DNA from: Candidatus Fervidifonticultor secundus
Lineage (GTDB): Bacteria; Sysuimicrobiota; Sysuimicrobiia; Sysuimicrobiales; Humicultoraceae
Direction of reading: 5' to 3'
Length of the DNA: 64,000 nucleotides
Assembly: GCA_031459385.1 (NCBI GenBank)
Contig: JAVKIP010000001.1
Coordinates: 160,001 to 224,000 of the forward strand
Made by a program: the position numbers and the translations under genes
Notes under the pieces: model-generated
Told to the model about the DNA's origin: nothing
Databases searched by the model: none
The model's input: only the letters and a program-made list of their open reading frames with translations
Shown: positions 51,422 through 60,865 of the stretch, in pieces
How the letters are laid out: every line of letters begins with the position of its first letter
Numbering within the stretch: the stretch's first letter is position 1

Positions 51422-52969
51422 ATGATGATGCGGACGACGGCAGTGTGCGCGCGGATTCTCGTGGCGCTCTCGGTGCCGGGGCTGGTGCTGGCGGGGATAC
51501 CGGTGGCTGTGCTGGGCGCGCCGCGCACGCCGCGCGATACGCTGGTGGTGGCCCAGGGCTTCGACCCCCGCTGCCTCTCGCCGCTGTTCGGCACGGCCCA
51601 ACCCGACAAGAACGTCAGCGGGCAGGTCGTCGAGCGGCTGGTGACGTTCTCGCCCGACTCGCTGGGTTTCCTGCCCGAGCTGGCGATTCGCTGGGAGAAG
51701 ACCGCCCCCGATACCCTGCGGCTGCACCTGCGGCGGGGCGTGCGGTTCACCAACGGTGAAGAGTTCAACGCCCACAGCGCCCGCTACAGCCTGGAGCAGA
51801 TGCTGCAGGCGCGCGCCCTGGCCTTCTTCGTCTCGGCGTTGCGAGGCGCCGAGGTGGTCGATCTCTACACGGTGGACATCAAGGCCAAGGGCCCGACGTC
51901 TGAGCGGCTGATGCTGACAGCCCTGGCAATGGGCTCGTTCCAGTATCCGCCCGTGTACACAGAGCAGGTCGGGCTCCTGCGCGGGTTCTGCCAGCGACCG
52001 GTCGGTACGGGGCCGTTCAAACTGGTCGAGTGGGTAAAGGATGACCGCGTGGTCTTCGAGCCCAACGCCGACTACTGGGGCGGTGCGCCGCGGATCCGGC
52101 GTCTCGTCATCCGCCCGATCCCCGAAGGTGCGGCCCGGGTCGCCGCACTGCAGGCCGGCGATATCGACGTTGCCACGCTCCTGCCGCTGGAGGCCTACGA
52201 GCGCGTCGCCGGCGACCCCAGTCTCACCACGTACTCCCTGCGAGGCATGCGGGTCTTCGGGCTCATGCTGGCCCAGAAGTGGGAAGGACCGCTGCGGGAC
52301 AGGAAGGTGCGCCAGGCCCTGCAGTACGCCATCGATACCGACAGCCTCGTTCGCTCGTTGCTCAAGGGGCGTGCGCGCCGGCTCGAGGGGCAGCCGCTGA
52401 CGCCTGAGTATTTTGGCTACCAGCACGACCTGAAGGCGACGCCCTACGATCCTGACCGGGCCAGGCGGCTGCTGGCCGAGGCAGGATACCCCAACGGGTT
52501 CCAGGTGACGTTCAAGTACCCCCACGGCCGCTACCCGCAGGACAAGGAGCTCAGCGAGGCGATTGCGGCGCAGCTGCTGAAGGTCGGCATCCGGACACAA
52601 CAGGTCGTCATGGAGCCCGGCGAGTTCCTGACGCAACTGAGCCAGCTCGGGCTGCGGGACATGTTCTTCTTCGGCACCCTGCCGCCCCCGGACGCGCACT
52701 TCATGCTGACCCAGTACATCTGCAACTTCCGATATGCCTACTGGTGCCGTCCGGAGTTCGACCAGTTGATGGCCCGGGCGTCGGCCACGGCCGACGACAG
52801 AGAGCGGCTGCGTCTGTACCGGGAGATGCTGCTGCTCATGCAGGATGACCCGCCCCACGTGCCGCTGTTTGCCCAGTCCGACCTCTACGCGACGGCGAAG
52901 GCCGTGGCGGGATGGCGGCCGTACAAAGACCAGTCGTTGTACCTGGCCAAAGCCTACAAGCGGGACTGA
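51422..52969 (+). CDS. ABC substrate-binding protein, family 5
   Basis: Signal peptide; LRRGVRFTNGE.F, PVGTGPFK, VRQAL.YAID, LLAEAGYPNGF. Confidence 0.92.
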   Translation: MMMRTTAVCARILVALSVPGLVLAGIPVAVLGAPRTPRDTLVVAQGFDPRCLSPLFGTAQPDKNVSGQVVERLVTFSPDSLGFLPELAIRWEKTAPDTLRLHLRRGVRFTNGEEFNAHSARYSLEQMLQARALAFFVSALRGAEVVDLYTVDIKAKGPTSERLMLTALAMGSFQYPPVYTEQVGLLRGFCQRPVGTGPFKLVEWVKDDRVVFEPNADYWGGAPRIRRLVIRPIPEGAARVAALQAGDIDVATLLPLEAYERVAGDPSLTTYSLRGMRVFGLMLAQKWEGPLRDRKVRQALQYAIDTDSLVRSLLKGRARRLEGQPLTPEYFGYQHDLKATPYDPDRARRLLAEAGYPNGFQVTFKYPHGRYPQDKELSEAIAAQLLKVGIRTQQVVMEPGEFLTQLSQLGLRDMFFFGTLPPPDAHFMLTQYICNFRYAYWCRPEFDQLMARASATADDRERLRLYREMLLLMQDDPPHVPLFAQSDLYATAKAVAGWRPYKDQSLYLAKAYKRD

Positions 52970-52972
52970 GCG

Positions 52973-53995
52973 GTGGCGCGGCGGGCTCCGGTCCCTGATG
53001 CGGTGGCGCTCCACCGTGACGCCATCGTCGTGGACATGTGCAGCTTCTACTTCCGGGGGGCCTCGCCGCAGATCGCTGCCAGCGGTGCAACGGCCCTCAA
53101 CGTGACGGTGCCCGAGGTCACTGCGACCTGGGCGGAGGCGCTGGAGGCCCTCGACGCGCACCATGCCATGATCACCGCCGACCCCGGGCGATGGGTGCAC
53201 GTGCGGGCCGCCCGCGACATTGGGGCGGCCAAGGCCGCCGGGCGGGTGGGGCTGATCTTCGGGTTCCAGAACACCGCGCCGGTCGGAGAGGATCTCGGGC
53301 GCATCCGGATCCTGTGGGATCGCGGGCTGCGCGTCCTGCAGCTGACCTACAACGAGCGCAACCCGTTCGGGGACGGGTGCCTGGTGGCCTCCGACGCCGG
53401 CCTGACGCCGCTGGGCCGGCGCGCAGTGCGCGAGATGAATGCCGTCGGGATGATCGTGGACCTGGCCCACGCGGGGTATCGGACCGCACGCGACGCGATT
53501 GACGTCTCCCACGCGCCGGTCGTCATTTCCCACGCGAACCCCCGGGCGCTGGCCGATAACCCGCGGAACATCCCCGATGATCTCATCCGCGCGGTCGCAG
53601 CCAGCGGCGGGGTGATCGGCGCCTGTGGCTGGGGACCGATCTGCTGGCGCGGCGGGCCCCGGCGGCCCGGCGTGGACGACCTGGTGGCTCACATCGACTA
53701 CATGGTCGCCCTGGCCGGCATCGACCACGTGGGCCTGGGGCTCGATTCCCCGGCCGCGGGCATCGGCACCGTGGCGGCCCACGCGGCCGCCGTCAACGCC
53801 GCCTACCCCCAGGTGGTGGGCGCGTGGCTGGCGCAGTTCGGCCCGGAGCTGGAAGGACGGTACGCGGTGCCGGTGGAGGCGTTGCCACGCGTTACCGACG
53901 CCTTGCTGCGGCGCGGCTATCCGCCCGATGGGGTGCGGAAGGTCCTGGGGGAGAACTTCCTCAGAGTGTTCGCGGCGGTCTGGCGCGATGACTGA
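52973..53995 (+). CDS. Membrane dipeptidase M19-fold protein, atypical metal site
   Basis: VVDMCS, GFQN, QLTYN.RN..GDGC, DLAH, SHAN, RN, IDHVGLGLD, GENFLRVF. Confidence 0.82.
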   Translation: MARRAPVPDAVALHRDAIVVDMCSFYFRGASPQIAASGATALNVTVPEVTATWAEALEALDAHHAMITADPGRWVHVRAARDIGAAKAAGRVGLIFGFQNTAPVGEDLGRIRILWDRGLRVLQLTYNERNPFGDGCLVASDAGLTPLGRRAVREMNAVGMIVDLAHAGYRTARDAIDVSHAPVVISHANPRALADNPRNIPDDLIRAVAASGGVIGACGWGPICWRGGPRRPGVDDLVAHIDYMVALAGIDHVGLGLDSPAAGIGTVAAHAAAVNAAYPQVVGAWLAQFGPELEGRYAVPVEALPRVTDALLRRGYPPDGVRKVLGENFLRVFAAVWRDD

Positions 53996-54983
53996 CGCCG
54001 CCACGGTGCATGCCGCCAGCATCGTCATCGACGGGACGACGTTCTTCCTCACGGGTATGACCGATCGGCTGACGCGCGCCGGAGTGACTGCCCTCAACCT
54101 CACCACTGCCTGGCCTGACGACGACCTCGAGCTGGCGGTCCAGCGCATCGAGGACTACTACGGCCTGGTGGCGCGGGAACCGCGGCTGGCCATCGTGGAG
54201 CGGGCGGAGGAGATTCCACGGCTCAAACAGGAGGGGCGCGTGGGGCTGGTTCTGGCCCTGCAGAACGCCCGGCCGGTTGGCACCCGCATAGAACGCGTGG
54301 AGACGTTGTGGCGGCTGGGTGTGCGCACCGTCCAGTTGACCTACAACGAGCGTAACTTCGTGGGCGACGGCTGCGGTGAGCCTACCGACGCCGGCCTGAG
54401 CGCGTTTGGCCGTACGCTGGTCCGCGCATTGAATCAGGCGGGCATCCTCATCGACCTCAGCCATGCCGGCCGCCGGACGTCGCTGGAGGCGATCGAGGCG
54501 TCGGCGCGCCCCTGCGTCTTCACGCACTCCAACCCGTACGCGCTGGTCCCGGTGCCCCGGAACATCACCGACGACCAGATCAGGGCGGTGGCTGCGGCGG
54601 GCGGTGTGGTCGGGTGCTCCTGTTTCCCGCCGCTGGTGTGGCGCGGGGGCGATCGGCTCCCCACGCGCGACGACTTCGTCGACTGCATCGCCTACGTGGC
54701 CGATCTGGTGGGTGTCGATCACGTGGGCATCGGCACCGACTCAGAGGCGACCGCTGGAGCCTATCCGCAGGAGCTGCGGGCGACGCTGCGCGCCAGGTAC
54801 GCCGCAACGGTGGGGACGTTCCACCAGCGGTTCCCGGACGGTCGAGTCCAGGGCCTGGAGGACGGCATGGCCGACTGGCCCCAGATCACGCAGGGGCTGC
54901 TGGCGCGCGGTTTTTCCGCAGACGACGTCCAGAAGATCAACGGCGGCAACTTCCTGCGGGTCTTCCGGCAGGTCTGGCGCTAA
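53988..54983 (+). CDS. Membrane dipeptidase M19-fold protein, atypical metal site
   Basis: VIDGTT, ALQN, QLTYN.RN..GDGC, DLSH, THSN, RN, VDHVGIGTD, GGNFLRVF; 8 nt overlap with the previous gene. Confidence 0.82.
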   Translation: MTDAATVHAASIVIDGTTFFLTGMTDRLTRAGVTALNLTTAWPDDDLELAVQRIEDYYGLVAREPRLAIVERAEEIPRLKQEGRVGLVLALQNARPVGTRIERVETLWRLGVRTVQLTYNERNFVGDGCGEPTDAGLSAFGRTLVRALNQAGILIDLSHAGRRTSLEAIEASARPCVFTHSNPYALVPVPRNITDDQIRAVAAAGGVVGCSCFPPLVWRGGDRLPTRDDFVDCIAYVADLVGVDHVGIGTDSEATAGAYPQELRATLRARYAATVGTFHQRFPDGRVQGLEDGMADWPQITQGLLARGFSADDVQKINGGNFLRVFRQVWR

Positions 54984-55010
54984 CCGGCGCACCCGGGCGC
55001 AGCAGGATTT

Positions 55011-55031
55011 TGGTATGCAGGTGGTATACCA
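55011..55031. promoter_or_regulatory. Putative GntR/FadR-type operator
   Basis: Perfect palindrome TGGTATACCA (55022-55031) with a degenerate copy TGGTATGCAG 11 bp upstream, directly before the GntR gene. Confidence 0.7.
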
Positions 55032-55067
55032 TCAACTTGGGAAGCAACCCGGAGGACGTCCGGCGAC

Positions 55068-55793
55068 ATGGTCCAGACAGGGCGCTCGTCGAAAGAAGCA
55101 GCATACGCGCAGTTGAAGCGCGCGATCCTCACCGCGGCCGTACGCCCGGGGGAGCCGTTCTCCGAGCGCGTGCTGGCCGCGCGTTTTCACCTGAGCCGCA
55201 CGCCCATCCGCGAGATCCTGCGGCGGCTGCAGCACGAGCACCTGGTCGAACTCGTGCCGCGCCGCGGGGCGTTCGTGCGGCGCCTGGATCCCCAGGAGGT
55301 CCTGGAGATCTTCCAGGCGCGCGAGACGGTGGAACCCGCAGCGGCCCGGCTGGCGGCGTGGCGGGCCGATGCCGGCGTGCTGCGGCGGCTGCGCCGGCAG
55401 TTCGACGCGCTGGAGCTCGCCGACCGGCCCGCGGCGCTTGCCGCTATGGTGGCGGCTGGCCGGCGGCTGCACGACGCGATCGTGGCCGCCTGCGGCAATC
55501 GGTACCTGCGGGAGATGTACGAGATCCTGAGCGCGCAGACTGCGCGCGTGCGCCAGATGACACGCGAGCACTTCGAGATCGAGCGCGAGTCCTACCGCTG
55601 GCACGTGCGAATCCTGGAGGCGCTACGGCGCGGCGACGCCGACAGGGCCGAGGGGGCGATGCGCGAACACCTGCGGGTCACGCGCGAGGCCCTGCTGCGG
55701 TGGCTGCTGGCGCCCGAGCAGCGGAATGGAGAGCCGCGTGCCGTGCCCACGAGGGTGCGGCCTACGAGGAGGAAGAGGCATGCGCACGGATGA
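55068..55793 (+). CDS. GntR-family regulator with FCD domain
   Basis: LSRTPIRE.L, PRRGAFV, LH..I..A.GN, H..I.EAL, M.EHL. Confidence 0.93.
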   Translation: MVQTGRSSKEAAYAQLKRAILTAAVRPGEPFSERVLAARFHLSRTPIREILRRLQHEHLVELVPRRGAFVRRLDPQEVLEIFQARETVEPAAARLAAWRADAGVLRRLRRQFDALELADRPAALAAMVAAGRRLHDAIVAACGNRYLREMYEILSAQTARVRQMTREHFEIERESYRWHVRILEALRRGDADRAEGAMREHLRVTREALLRWLLAPEQRNGEPRAVPTRVRPTRRKRHAHG

Positions 55794-57372
55794 CCGCTCG
55801 TTCGACCGTCTGACGCGTCGCCGGTTCCTGGGCAGCGCCGCGGGGGTGGGTGCCGGCCTGCTGGTGGGCCGGACGCTGGCGCGCCCGGTGTGGGCCACGG
55901 CCGCGCCCGCCATCGGCGCGCCGCGCCGCGGCGGCCGCCTCACCTTCGGCAGCGCGGCCCTGCCGGCGTCGATCGAGCCCCACCTGGAGGGCGCCGACAT
56001 CTACCAGCGCCGCAAGTTCCTCTTCTACGAGACGCTGGTCTGGATCGACTTCGACCTGACGCCCAAGCCCATGCTGGCCGAGCGCTGGGAGGAGCGGTCG
56101 CCGACCGAGTACGTCTTCTACCTGCGCCGCGGCGTCCGGTTCCACACCGGCCGCGAGATGGACGCCGAGGACGTCAAGTTCAGCTACGAGCGGGTGATGG
56201 ATCCCCGCACCGGGTCGGGCGGGCGCGGCGACCTGATCATGATCAGGAGCGTCGATGTCGTCGACCGCTACACCGTGCGCTTCACGCTCCACGAGCCCGC
56301 GGCCACGTTTCTCATCAACCTGGGCGGCAAGTACAACGCGGTGATCCCCAGAGACGTCCTGCGCACCGGCCGCGAGCTGCAGGGCGCGGCGGTCGGGACC
56401 GGCCCCTTCCGCGTGGAGAGCTTCGAGCCCAATCGCCTGCTGGTGCTGCGGCGCTTCGAGGACTATTGGGACCGCGGCAAGCCCTACCTCGACGGGCTGA
56501 CGTTCCAGGCCATCCCCGACGAGTCGTCGCTCATCGCCGGGCTGCGTGCGGGCCAGCTGGACATGGTGCAGTTCGAGAGCGGCGTCAACTTCAAGCTGGT
56601 GCGCCACCTGCGCTCGCTGAACAACGTGCAGGCGCCCGGCATCCGCTGGGTGGTGCTGGACCTGGTCGGCGACCAGGAGCCGACCAGGAACCCCGACGTC
56701 CGGCGCGCCATCGCCCTCGGCATCGACCGGGAGGCCGTCCTGCGCATCGCCGGCGACGGCCTGGGCCGCCGCCTGGGTGTGCTGCCGCCGGCCATGGGCT
56801 TCTGGCACGTGCCGGTGGACAATCTGCCCAACCAGCGGCGGGACCCCGCGCGGGCGCGCGAGTTCCTGCAGCGTGCGGGGCTGCGGCCGCCGGTGCCGCT
56901 GGTGATCCGCAACATCGTCGGGTTCCCCTCCCTCATCGCGTCGGTCCAGGTCATCGCCGACAACCTGAAGGAGATCGGCTTCGACGTCCGCGTCGAGACC
57001 GTGGACATCGGCGTGTGGATCCGCGACTGGATCGCGCGGCAGAGTCCGCCCACCATGAACGAGTGGGGCGGTTTCGTCGACCCCGATCAGGCGTTCTACC
57101 GGCACTACCGCACGCCGCCCAAGGGCGTAGACTTCCGGCGCTGGAACAACCCGGAGGTGGATCGCCTGCTGGACGAGGGGCGGGCGACGCTGGACCGCAC
57201 CCGGCGCAAGCAGATCTACGACCGGGTGCAGATGCTGATGGCCGACGATCCCATCAGCGTGCCCCTCTACGCGCCCAACCTCCTCTACAGCATGCAGCAC
57301 AAGGTGAAGGGCTTCCGGCCGCACCCGACGGGTTTCATGTACGGGCTGCGGGAGGTGTGGATCGAGGGATAG
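55780..57372 (+). CDS. Tat-exported ABC substrate-binding protein, family 5
   Basis: Twin-arginine TRRRFLG; LRRGVRFHTG, VGTGPF, GKPYLD, VRRAI. Confidence 0.92.
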   Translation: MRTDDRSFDRLTRRRFLGSAAGVGAGLLVGRTLARPVWATAAPAIGAPRRGGRLTFGSAALPASIEPHLEGADIYQRRKFLFYETLVWIDFDLTPKPMLAERWEERSPTEYVFYLRRGVRFHTGREMDAEDVKFSYERVMDPRTGSGGRGDLIMIRSVDVVDRYTVRFTLHEPAATFLINLGGKYNAVIPRDVLRTGRELQGAAVGTGPFRVESFEPNRLLVLRRFEDYWDRGKPYLDGLTFQAIPDESSLIAGLRAGQLDMVQFESGVNFKLVRHLRSLNNVQAPGIRWVVLDLVGDQEPTRNPDVRRAIALGIDREAVLRIAGDGLGRRLGVLPPAMGFWHVPVDNLPNQRRDPARAREFLQRAGLRPPVPLVIRNIVGFPSLIASVQVIADNLKEIGFDVRVETVDIGVWIRDWIARQSPPTMNEWGGFVDPDQAFYRHYRTPPKGVDFRRWNNPEVDRLLDEGRATLDRTRRKQIYDRVQMLMADDPISVPLYAPNLLYSMQHKVKGFRPHPTGFMYGLREVWIEG

Positions 57373-57465
57373 AGGCCCGGCCGCCGGGGAGGCACGCGAG
57401 ACGGCGAGCGGCTCTGACCGGCGGGGCCGCTGGCGCCGCCGGCGTGGTCTTCCCACTGAGGGCGC

Positions 57466-58416
57466 ATGCGCGCGTACATCGTCCGGCGCCTGCTGGCTAT
57501 GCTGGCTACCCTGCTCGGGGTCAGCGTCATCGTTTTCGGCCTCATGCGCCTGATCCCGGGCACGGTGGTCGAGCAGTTGCTGGGGCAAAGTGCGCTGGTC
57601 GGCGAGGAAACGATCCGTAGCCTGCGGCAGTTCTTCGGGCTGGACCGGCCGTGGTACGTGCAGTACGTGGAATGGATCGGCGGCGTCGCCCGCGGCGACC
57701 TGGGCATGTCCTGGCGCAGTCACCGGCCGGTGGGGCAGCTGATCGTCGCGCGGCTCCCCGTCTCGGCCGAGCTGGCCGTCCTGGCGGTGGCCTGGTCGCT
57801 CCTCCTGGGCGTCCCCCTCGGCGCCGTGGCCGCGGTGCGCCGGGGCCGGCCCTCCGACAGCGCCGTGCGGTTCGCCTCCACCCTGGGCCTGTCGGTGCCG
57901 GCGTTCTGGCAGGGCACGCTGCTGATCCTGCTGTTCTCGGTCTACCTGCAGTGGATGCCGTCGCTGCAGTGGGTCTCGCTGCTGCGGGATCCGCTGGGGA
58001 ACCTGGGGATCATCGCGCTGCCGGCGCTGACGCTGGGCACCGCCACGGCCGCCATGATCAGCCGCATGACGCGGTCGGCGATGCTGGACGTGCTGGGGCG
58101 CGACTACATCCGCACCGCGCGGGCCAAGGGCGTGGCCGAGCCGCGGGTCGTCACCGTGCACGCCCTGCGCAACGCGCTGATCCCGGTGGTGACGGTCGCC
58201 GGCGTACAGATGGGCTACATCCTCGGCGGGATCGTGGTGGTGGAGGATGTCTTCAACCTGCCGGGGGTGGGCCGGCTGCTGCTGGACGCCATCTTCCAGC
58301 GCGACTACCCCGTGGTGCAGGGGACGATCCTGGTGGGCGCCGCGCTGTTCATGGGGTTGAACTTCCTGGTGGACCTCCTCTACGCGGTGATCGATCCGCG
58401 GATCACCTACGCGTGA
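57466..58416 (+). CDS. Peptide ABC permease (DppB-like)
   Basis: GLDRP...QY, DYIRTARAKG, HALRNALIP, RDYPVVQG. Confidence 0.93.
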   Translation: MRAYIVRRLLAMLATLLGVSVIVFGLMRLIPGTVVEQLLGQSALVGEETIRSLRQFFGLDRPWYVQYVEWIGGVARGDLGMSWRSHRPVGQLIVARLPVSAELAVLAVAWSLLLGVPLGAVAAVRRGRPSDSAVRFASTLGLSVPAFWQGTLLILLFSVYLQWMPSLQWVSLLRDPLGNLGIIALPALTLGTATAAMISRMTRSAMLDVLGRDYIRTARAKGVAEPRVVTVHALRNALIPVVTVAGVQMGYILGGIVVVEDVFNLPGVGRLLLDAIFQRDYPVVQGTILVGAALFMGLNFLVDLLYAVIDPRITYA

Positions 58417-59378
58417 TGGACCCCGCCGCCAGGACGCCCCCATCGGCTGCGGCCGCGCCACCGTCCGCCCGGCCGCCCGGCGCCGCGACACCTCCTGGTG
58501 CCGCGGCCCGCCCGCGCCCCGCCGGCGCGGCCCGCGCCCTGCCCGCCGCCCGGGTGTGGGGCCGGCGCCTGCGCCGCAACCCGCTGTTCGCCGCGGGGGT
58601 GGCCATCATGGCCGTCTTCGTGCTGGCGGGGCTGGCCGCCCCCCGGCTGGCGCCCTACGATCCCATCGCCGTCGACGCCCAGGGAATGTTCCAGCCCCCG
58701 TCCGGCCCCCACCTGTTCGGCACCGACCGTTTCGGCCGGGACCTGTTCAGCCGGGTGCTCTACGGCATCCGCGTCTCGCTGGGGATCGCGGCGCTGGCGA
58801 TCGGCGCGGCGGCCGTCGCCGGCGGCGCGCCCGGCCTGGTCGCCGGCTACTTCGAGCACGGCGTGGACCAGGTGCTGGCCCGCGTGATGGACGTCTTCTT
58901 CGCCTTTCCCTCGGTGCTGCTGGCGCTGGGGATCTCGGCGGTCCTCGGGGCCGGGGTCACCACCGTGGTCATTGCCATCGCCGTGGTGTATGCGCCGCTG
59001 TTCTTCCGCGTCATGCGCGGCAGCGTGCTGGCCGAGAAGCACCTGGCGTACGTCGAGGCGGCTGCGGCGGCCGGTGCCGGACCCTGGGCGATCATGATGC
59101 GGCACATCCTGCGCAACTGCGCGTCGCCCATGATCGTGCAGATCGCCGTGTCGCTGTCCTACGCGATTCTCATCGAGTCGGCGCTGTCGTACCTGGGAGT
59201 GGGCGTGCAACCGCCGACCCCCTCGTGGGGCACGATCCTCAACGAGGGCAAGGAGTTCCTGCCGATCGCGCCGTGGATCTCGCTGTTCCCCGGCCTGTTC
59301 ATCATGCTGTCGGTGCTGTCGTTGAACTTCATCAGCGACGGGCTGCGGGACTACCTGGACCCGCGCCTGCGGGGCTGA
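58416..59378 (+). CDS. Peptide ABC permease (DppC-like) with Pro/Ala-rich N-terminus
   Basis: FGTDRFGRD, YVEAA...GA, SYLGVGVQPPTPSWG, DGLRD; TGATG overlap. Confidence 0.9.
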   Translation: MDPAARTPPSAAAAPPSARPPGAATPPGAAARPRPAGAARALPAARVWGRRLRRNPLFAAGVAIMAVFVLAGLAAPRLAPYDPIAVDAQGMFQPPSGPHLFGTDRFGRDLFSRVLYGIRVSLGIAALAIGAAAVAGGAPGLVAGYFEHGVDQVLARVMDVFFAFPSVLLALGISAVLGAGVTTVVIAIAVVYAPLFFRVMRGSVLAEKHLAYVEAAAAAGAGPWAIMMRHILRNCASPMIVQIAVSLSYAILIESALSYLGVGVQPPTPSWGTILNEGKEFLPIAPWISLFPGLFIMLSVLSLNFISDGLRDYLDPRLRG

Positions 59379-60335
59379 TGGGCGCGGTGCGGGCGCCGAT
59401 CCGGACCGGCCTCGTCGGCGCCTGCAACTTCGGCCGGCTGCACGCCGCGGTCCTGGCCGATGCGCCCGACGTCGCGCTGGTCGCCGTCTGCGATCCTGAT
59501 TCGGTAGCGCACCGGCAGGCGCTGGAGGCGGCGGCCGCCGCGCGGGCGGCCGCCGTCCGGTCCGGCGCCGCCGCCGGGCCAGACGCCGCGCTGCGCGAGT
59601 TCGACAGCTTCGAGGCTCTCGTGGCGCAGGCCGAGCTCGACGCGGTGGTGCTGGCCACACCCGAGGAGCTGCACGCCGTCCAGGCGATTGCGGCGGTGGA
59701 GCGGGGCTGGGACGTCCTGGTCGAGAAACCCCTGGCGCTGGGCCGGGTGCGACACGTGCGGAGCGCGCGGTACGTGAGCGCCTCCTGGTTCGCACGTACC
59801 ACGGTGGCACCCCGCCCTGCGCGCCGCCGTGCACGACATCGACCTGGTGCTGTGGCTGACGGCCCGTCGGGTGCGGGCCGCGGCCGCGGTGAGCCACGCG
59901 CTGCCCGGCGAGCGCCGCCCGCGCTCGGTGGCCGCGCTGCTGTGGATGGACGGCGGCGCCAGCGCCGGCGTGGAGGCGCACTTCCTCTTGCCTGCCTCGT
60001 ATCCCGTCACCACCCTGCCGCCCGAGCGCGCCGGCGCGCGCAGCGGCCTGGTCGAGGTGGTTGGAGATGCGGGACTGGCCCGTCTGGACGACAGCGCCGA
60101 GGTGCAGCTGTGGAGCGAGGCCGGGGCGCACGCCCCGGACCTCCATCTGGCCCCCCGCGTGGCCGGCCGGCTGGCCGGCGCGCTCCGGGCCGAGGTCGAA
60201 CACTTCGCGGCGTGTGTCGCGACGCGCGCCCCTTCCAGGGCTGCGCCTCTCGACGACGCCGTGCACGCCGTGGCCGTGGCGGAGGCGGTCGCCCGCGCGG
60301 CCGAGAGCGGTGAGATCGTACCTGTGAGGAGCTGA
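59378..60335 (+). pseudogene. Gfo/Idh/MocA-family oxidoreductase, disrupted
   Basis: N-part DAVVLATP..LH, VLVEKP and C-part VHDID are in different frames (+1 G near 59806). The segment normally between EKPLA and LG.V is absent, and the Rossmann loop reads GACNFG. Confidence 0.8.
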
Positions 60336-60339
60336 GCGC

Positions 60340-60861
60340 ATGAGGACCCCGTCCGCACCCCTGCCGGCCATGACCCCGCCCGATCGTATCGGCGGCCTGA
60401 CCGAAGACGAGCGCAACGCGTTCCTGGCGCAGCCCTGGAACGGGCGTCTGGCCACCATCACGCCGCAGCAGACGCCGTACGTGGTGCCGGTGTGGTACGA
60501 ATACGACCCGGCCGCGCGGGTCTTCTACATCGTGGCCCGCGAGCGGTCTGCGTACGTGGAGCACATCCGGGCGAATCCGGCGGTGGCGTTCCATATCGCT
60601 GACGACATCCACCTGGAGCACACCCGGGTGCTGGTCGAGGGGATCGCCGAGATCCTGGAAGGGCCCATCCCGCCGGCGCAGAGCCCACGGCTGCACGCGC
60701 TGGCCGTGGCGCTCTCGCGCAAGTACATGGGGGAACGCGGCCCGGAGTACGCCGGGCGGACGATGCACCGGCCACGCTACCTGATCCGCATCACGCCGCA
60801 GCGGTGGCACAGTTGGACCGGTCGCGAATGGGCCCGGAAGTACCGCGAGCCGGCGCGCTGA
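60340..60861 (+). CDS. Pyridoxamine 5'-phosphate oxidase-like (split beta-barrel flavin/F420-binding) protein
   Basis: FL......RLATI...TPYVVPVWY, I.ANP.VA, V.VEG.AE, I.ITP. The start may be 60370. Confidence 0.85.
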   Translation: MRTPSAPLPAMTPPDRIGGLTEDERNAFLAQPWNGRLATITPQQTPYVVPVWYEYDPAARVFYIVARERSAYVEHIRANPAVAFHIADDIHLEHTRVLVEGIAEILEGPIPPAQSPRLHALAVALSRKYMGERGPEYAGRTMHRPRYLIRITPQRWHSWTGREWARKYREPAR

Positions 60862-60865
60862 GACG

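Noticed and set aside
58416..58555. Pro/Ala-rich quasi-repeats at the start of the permease
   Set aside because: An in-frame low-complexity N-terminal linker, not a DNA repeat element.
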